A stretch of 64,000 bases of DNA, from NCBI GenBank assembly GCA_034520945.1, contig JAXHNB010000005.1, positions 96,001 through 160,000 on the forward strand, given 5' to 3'. Shown in pieces: positions 61,448 through 64,000 of this stretch. The notes beneath the pieces are model-generated. The model did no database searches. It was not told the origin of the DNA and saw only the letters and a list, made by a program, of their open reading frames with translations. The stretch comes from Trueperaceae bacterium. GTDB taxonomy: Bacteria > Deinococcota > Deinococci > Deinococcales > Trueperaceae. Numbering within the stretch: position 1 is the first letter of the stretch; each line of letters starts with the position of its first letter. A program made the position numbers and the translations under genes.

Positions 61448-61853
61448 ACGCTCGTTCGTCGACACCAATCTGTTCCTGAGGTATCTGACCAACGACGTTC
61501 CCGAGCAGGCGGAGGCGGTCGAGCGACTGTTGATGCGGGCCGAAGCGGGTGAGTTGAGACTCGAGACCAATCGTCTTGTCATCGCCGAGGTGGTGTGGAC
61601 GCTGGAAAGCGTTTACAAGAAGAGCAAGCGCGAGGTGCGCGAAGCGGTGCTGGCGATCCTCAACACGCCTGGCCTGGTTGTCGAGGTTTCGCAACAGGTC
61701 CTGCAGGCAGCGGTGTGGTACGAGGAGAAGAACGTGGATTTCGCCGATGCTTGCATCGCCGCGCAACTCCTTGACCAAGGGCCAGCGGCTGTGCACACGT
61801 TCAACCGCAGGCATTTCGCTCGATTTCCGCATTTGGACGTGCTTTCGCCGTGA
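61440..61853 (+). CDS. PIN-domain (VapC-type) toxin
   Basis: FVDTNLFLRYL, VIAEVVWTL, DFADACI, HTFN. Confidence 0.9.
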   Translation: MAERSFVDTNLFLRYLTNDVPEQAEAVERLLMRAEAGELRLETNRLVIAEVVWTLESVYKKSKREVREAVLAILNTPGLVVEVSQQVLQAAVWYEEKNVDFADACIAAQLLDQGPAAVHTFNRRHFARFPHLDVLSP

Positions 61854-61889
61854 ACGAACTCGAGGGCCGCTTCGACACGGCCGTCCGCA

Positions 61890-61985
61890 ACGTCCTGTAG
61901 ATCCTCGAACACATCGCAGCTTCCGTGTTGCCCCAACGTGGCGTTCCAGCAGCGACACGCGTCGCCACCGCGATCTACAGGGCGT
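61890..61985. repeat. Short element bounded by 14-bp inverted repeats
   Basis: ACGTCCTGTAGATC (61890-61903) and GATCTACAGGGCGT (61972-61985), one mismatch. Confidence 0.55.
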
Positions 61986-62013
61986 GCGTAGGCAAGCAAG
62001 CTCCTAACCGCGC

Positions 62014-62484
62014 TCAACCCTCGGTGGCGTCGCCTCCGTGCGGGGTTCGCTGCTGCCTGGCGCGTTGCGCCATGTCGTCCACCTCCTCGTTCTCGGGGTG
62101 GCCGTCGTGGCCGCGGGTCCAGGACCAGCGCACGTCGTGCGTCTCGCTCAGCGCCAGCAGCCGCTGCCACAGGTCCTGGTTCTTGACGGGCGCACGGCCG
62201 GCGGTGCGCCAGCCGTTGCGTTGCCACGCGTCCAGCCAGCCGTCCGTGAACGCCTTCTTCAGATACTGACTGTCGGTCACCAGCGTGATCGTGCACGGTT
62301 CCCGCAGCGCGGCGAGCGCCTCGACGGCGGCGGTCAGCTCCATGCGGTTGTTGGTGGTGCCGGGCACGTAGCCGGCGTCCGAACGCCGGTGGGCGCCGTA
62401 GCGGATCAGGTAGGCCCAGCCGCCCTCGCCGCTGGCGGTATCGCACGACCCGTCGGTCCAGATGGTGACGTGCTTGCGCGTCAT
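62014..62484 (-). CDS. rnhA: Ribonuclease HI
   Basis: WTDGSC, TTNNRMELTA, TDSQY, WQRNGW, VKNQDLW, GHDGHPENEEVD. Confidence 0.96.
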   Translation of the reverse strand: MTRKHVTIWTDGSCDTASGEGGWAYLIRYGAHRRSDAGYVPGTTNNRMELTAAVEALAALREPCTITLVTDSQYLKKAFTDGWLDAWQRNGWRTAGRAPVKNQDLWQRLLALSETHDVRWSWTRGHDGHPENEEVDDMAQRARQQRTPHGGDATEG

Positions 62485-62563
62485 GACGGGCAGCCTACCC
62501 GGTGCGCGGTCCTCGCGGGCCGCCGGGCGGGTCGCCAGCTGCGGGGCGGAACGCCCGGGATCG

Positions 62564-62932
62564 CTAGGCGGGCGGCGCTTCGAGCACCACCACCGCGGCG
62601 GCGTGATCGCGTGCGTGGCTCAACGATAGGTGCGCCGTCAACCCCTGATCGATCAGCGCGCGTTCGAGGGGCCGGCTCCACGCCAGGTGGGGACGGCCGT
62701 GCGTGCGCACCACCCACACGTCGCGCCACCCGTGCGAGCGGGGCCAGCACTTCTGGAACGCCTCCTTGGCGGCGAAGCGGGCGGCCAAGGACGGCACCGG
62801 ATCGTGGCGCGCGAGGCAGTAGCGGGTTTCGTCGTCGGTGAAGTGCCGGGAGAGGAACCGCTCGGGGTGAGCACGCAGCACCTTGCGGATGCGCGACAGG
62901 TCGACCAGGTCCAGCCCCACGGCGCGGATCAT
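62564..62932 (-). CDS. acpS: Holo-ACP synthase
   Basis: VGLDLV, AARFAAKEAFQK, GRP, LSLSH. Confidence 0.93.
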   Translation of the reverse strand: MIRAVGLDLVDLSRIRKVLRAHPERFLSRHFTDDETRYCLARHDPVPSLAARFAAKEAFQKCWPRSHGWRDVWVVRTHGRPHLAWSRPLERALIDQGLTAHLSLSHARDHAAAVVVLEAPPA

Positions 62933-63618
62933 GCAGTCCGCCGCAGGGCCCGCACCCCATCAGGACCCGCCAGGTAGGCCACCTCGGCCATGCCCAGGAA
63001 CAGCCCGTGCCCCAGAACGCCGGGGATGGCGTCCAGCTCGCGCGCCAAGGCGTGAACGTCGGCGTGTTCCGGAACGCCGCAATCGAGGACGGGCTGCTGG
63101 TTGTCGGTCAAGAACGGCTCGCTCTCGCCGCCCCGCAGGCGGGGGTCCAGGCCGAGGGCCCGCAATCGCGCCGCCGTGCGGGCGACGCCGAAGGCGAGCA
63201 CCTCGACCGGCAGCGGCACGCTGCCGCCCAGGCGCTCGACCTGCTTCTCCTCGCCCCCGATGAGGACGAAGCGGGTGGCGGAGGCCGCCACCACCTTCTC
63301 GCGCAACAGCGCGCCCCCCAAGCCCTTCACCGCGTTCAGGTCGGCGTCGACCTCGTCCATGCCGTCCACCGCGACGTCCACCCCTTCCGCGGGCAGGTCC
63401 AGCAGGGGAATGCCCAGTTCGCGCGCCAGACGTTCCGTCGCGCGCGAGGTGGCCACGCCCCGCACGCCGTGCAGGGTCCCCGCCTGCGTGGCCGCGGCCA
63501 ACGCGTGCAGGAAGCGGGCCGCTGTGCTGCCGGACCCCAAGCCCAACACCGTTCCGGAGGCGACCTCCGCCACCGCCGCCTCGGCGGCGGCCGTCTTTCG
63601 TGCGCCGGTGTCGTTCAT
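62929..63618 (-). CDS. rpiA: Ribose-5-phosphate isomerase A
   Basis: LGLGSGST, DGMDEVD, KGLGGALLREK, LPVEV, TDN, GLF. Confidence 0.95.
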   Translation of the reverse strand: MNDTGARKTAAAEAAVAEVASGTVLGLGSGSTAARFLHALAAATQAGTLHGVRGVATSRATERLARELGIPLLDLPAEGVDVAVDGMDEVDADLNAVKGLGGALLREKVVAASATRFVLIGGEEKQVERLGGSVPLPVEVLAFGVARTAARLRALGLDPRLRGGESEPFLTDNQQPVLDCGVPEHADVHALARELDAIPGVLGHGLFLGMAEVAYLAGPDGVRALRRTA

Positions 63619-63735
63619 GTGCGTTCAAGCGCGCGCCCGTGGCGTGGCGCGCGGTCTGCGGGCGTTCGCTGCGGATTCGTGCTCATACGCGACAGCTTAC
63701 GGCACGGGCCCCGGCGAGTCGGTAGAGTCGCCTCC

Positions 63736-64000
63736 ATGCCGACGCTCCAGGAAGGTGACCGTGCCCCCGACTTCGAGCTTTCCGCGGACGAGGGACGGAT
63801 CTCATTGCGCGACCTCGGGGGCGCGTGGGTGGTGCTGTACTTCTATCCGCGCGACTTCACCGGCGGGTGCACGCAGGAGGCGTGCGATTTTCGAGATGCC
63901 CTGGCGGCCGACCACATCGACGCCACCGTCCTCGGCGTGTCTCCCGACGACGTGGACAGCCACCGGTCGTTCCGCGAGGCGCACGGCCTGTCGTTTCCCC
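63736..64000 (+). CDS. bcp: Peroxiredoxin Bcp/PrxQ (runs off the window end)
   Basis: GDRAPDFEL, VVLYFYPRDFTGGCTQEACDFRD, LGVSPD. Confidence 0.9.
   Translation, partial: MPTLQEGDRAPDFELSADEGRISLRDLGGAWVVLYFYPRDFTGGCTQEACDFRDALAADHIDATVLGVSPDDVDSHRSFREAHGLSFP

Overview
High-GC chromosomal window that looks like Deinococcota, probably Trueperaceae-like. This is inferred from the gene content, a short CarB, a TmrAB-like exporter and many leaderless genes with a -10 box 5-8 nt before the start codon. Most of it is housekeeping: hisF, hisIE, glpX, tRNA-Ala(CGC), ftsH, glgC, rlmN, rex, rnr, carB, pheA, rnhA, acpS, rpiA and bcp. The standout is an ~11.3 kb ectoine/hydroxyectoine uptake and catabolism cluster (5024-16291) with ehuABCD, eutB, eutC and a divergent EutD/DoeA-like hydrolase. 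It lacks the canonical deacetylase (EutE/DoeB), the DABA aminotransferase (Atf/DoeD) and the MocR-type regulator EnuR. In their place are a cystathionine-gamma-synthase-family PLP enzyme, an ACT-less homoserine dehydrogenase, an atypical aldehyde dehydrogenase and a GntR/FCD regulator. The putative operator TTGTATACAA sits between two face-to-face promoters. Together this suggests an alternative route from ring-opened ectoine, via homoserine, to aspartate (a hypothesis). Other items: a frameshifted Sel1-repeat gene, a pseudokinase-PASTA protein, a Lol/MacB-like five-gene export module behind a decapitated regulator, a candidate Rex box, an uncharacterised multi-domain protein after RNase R, a standalone dsRBD protein, a lower-GC VapBC islet and several structured intergenic elements. 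All calls come from reading the sequence and motifs; no database search was run.
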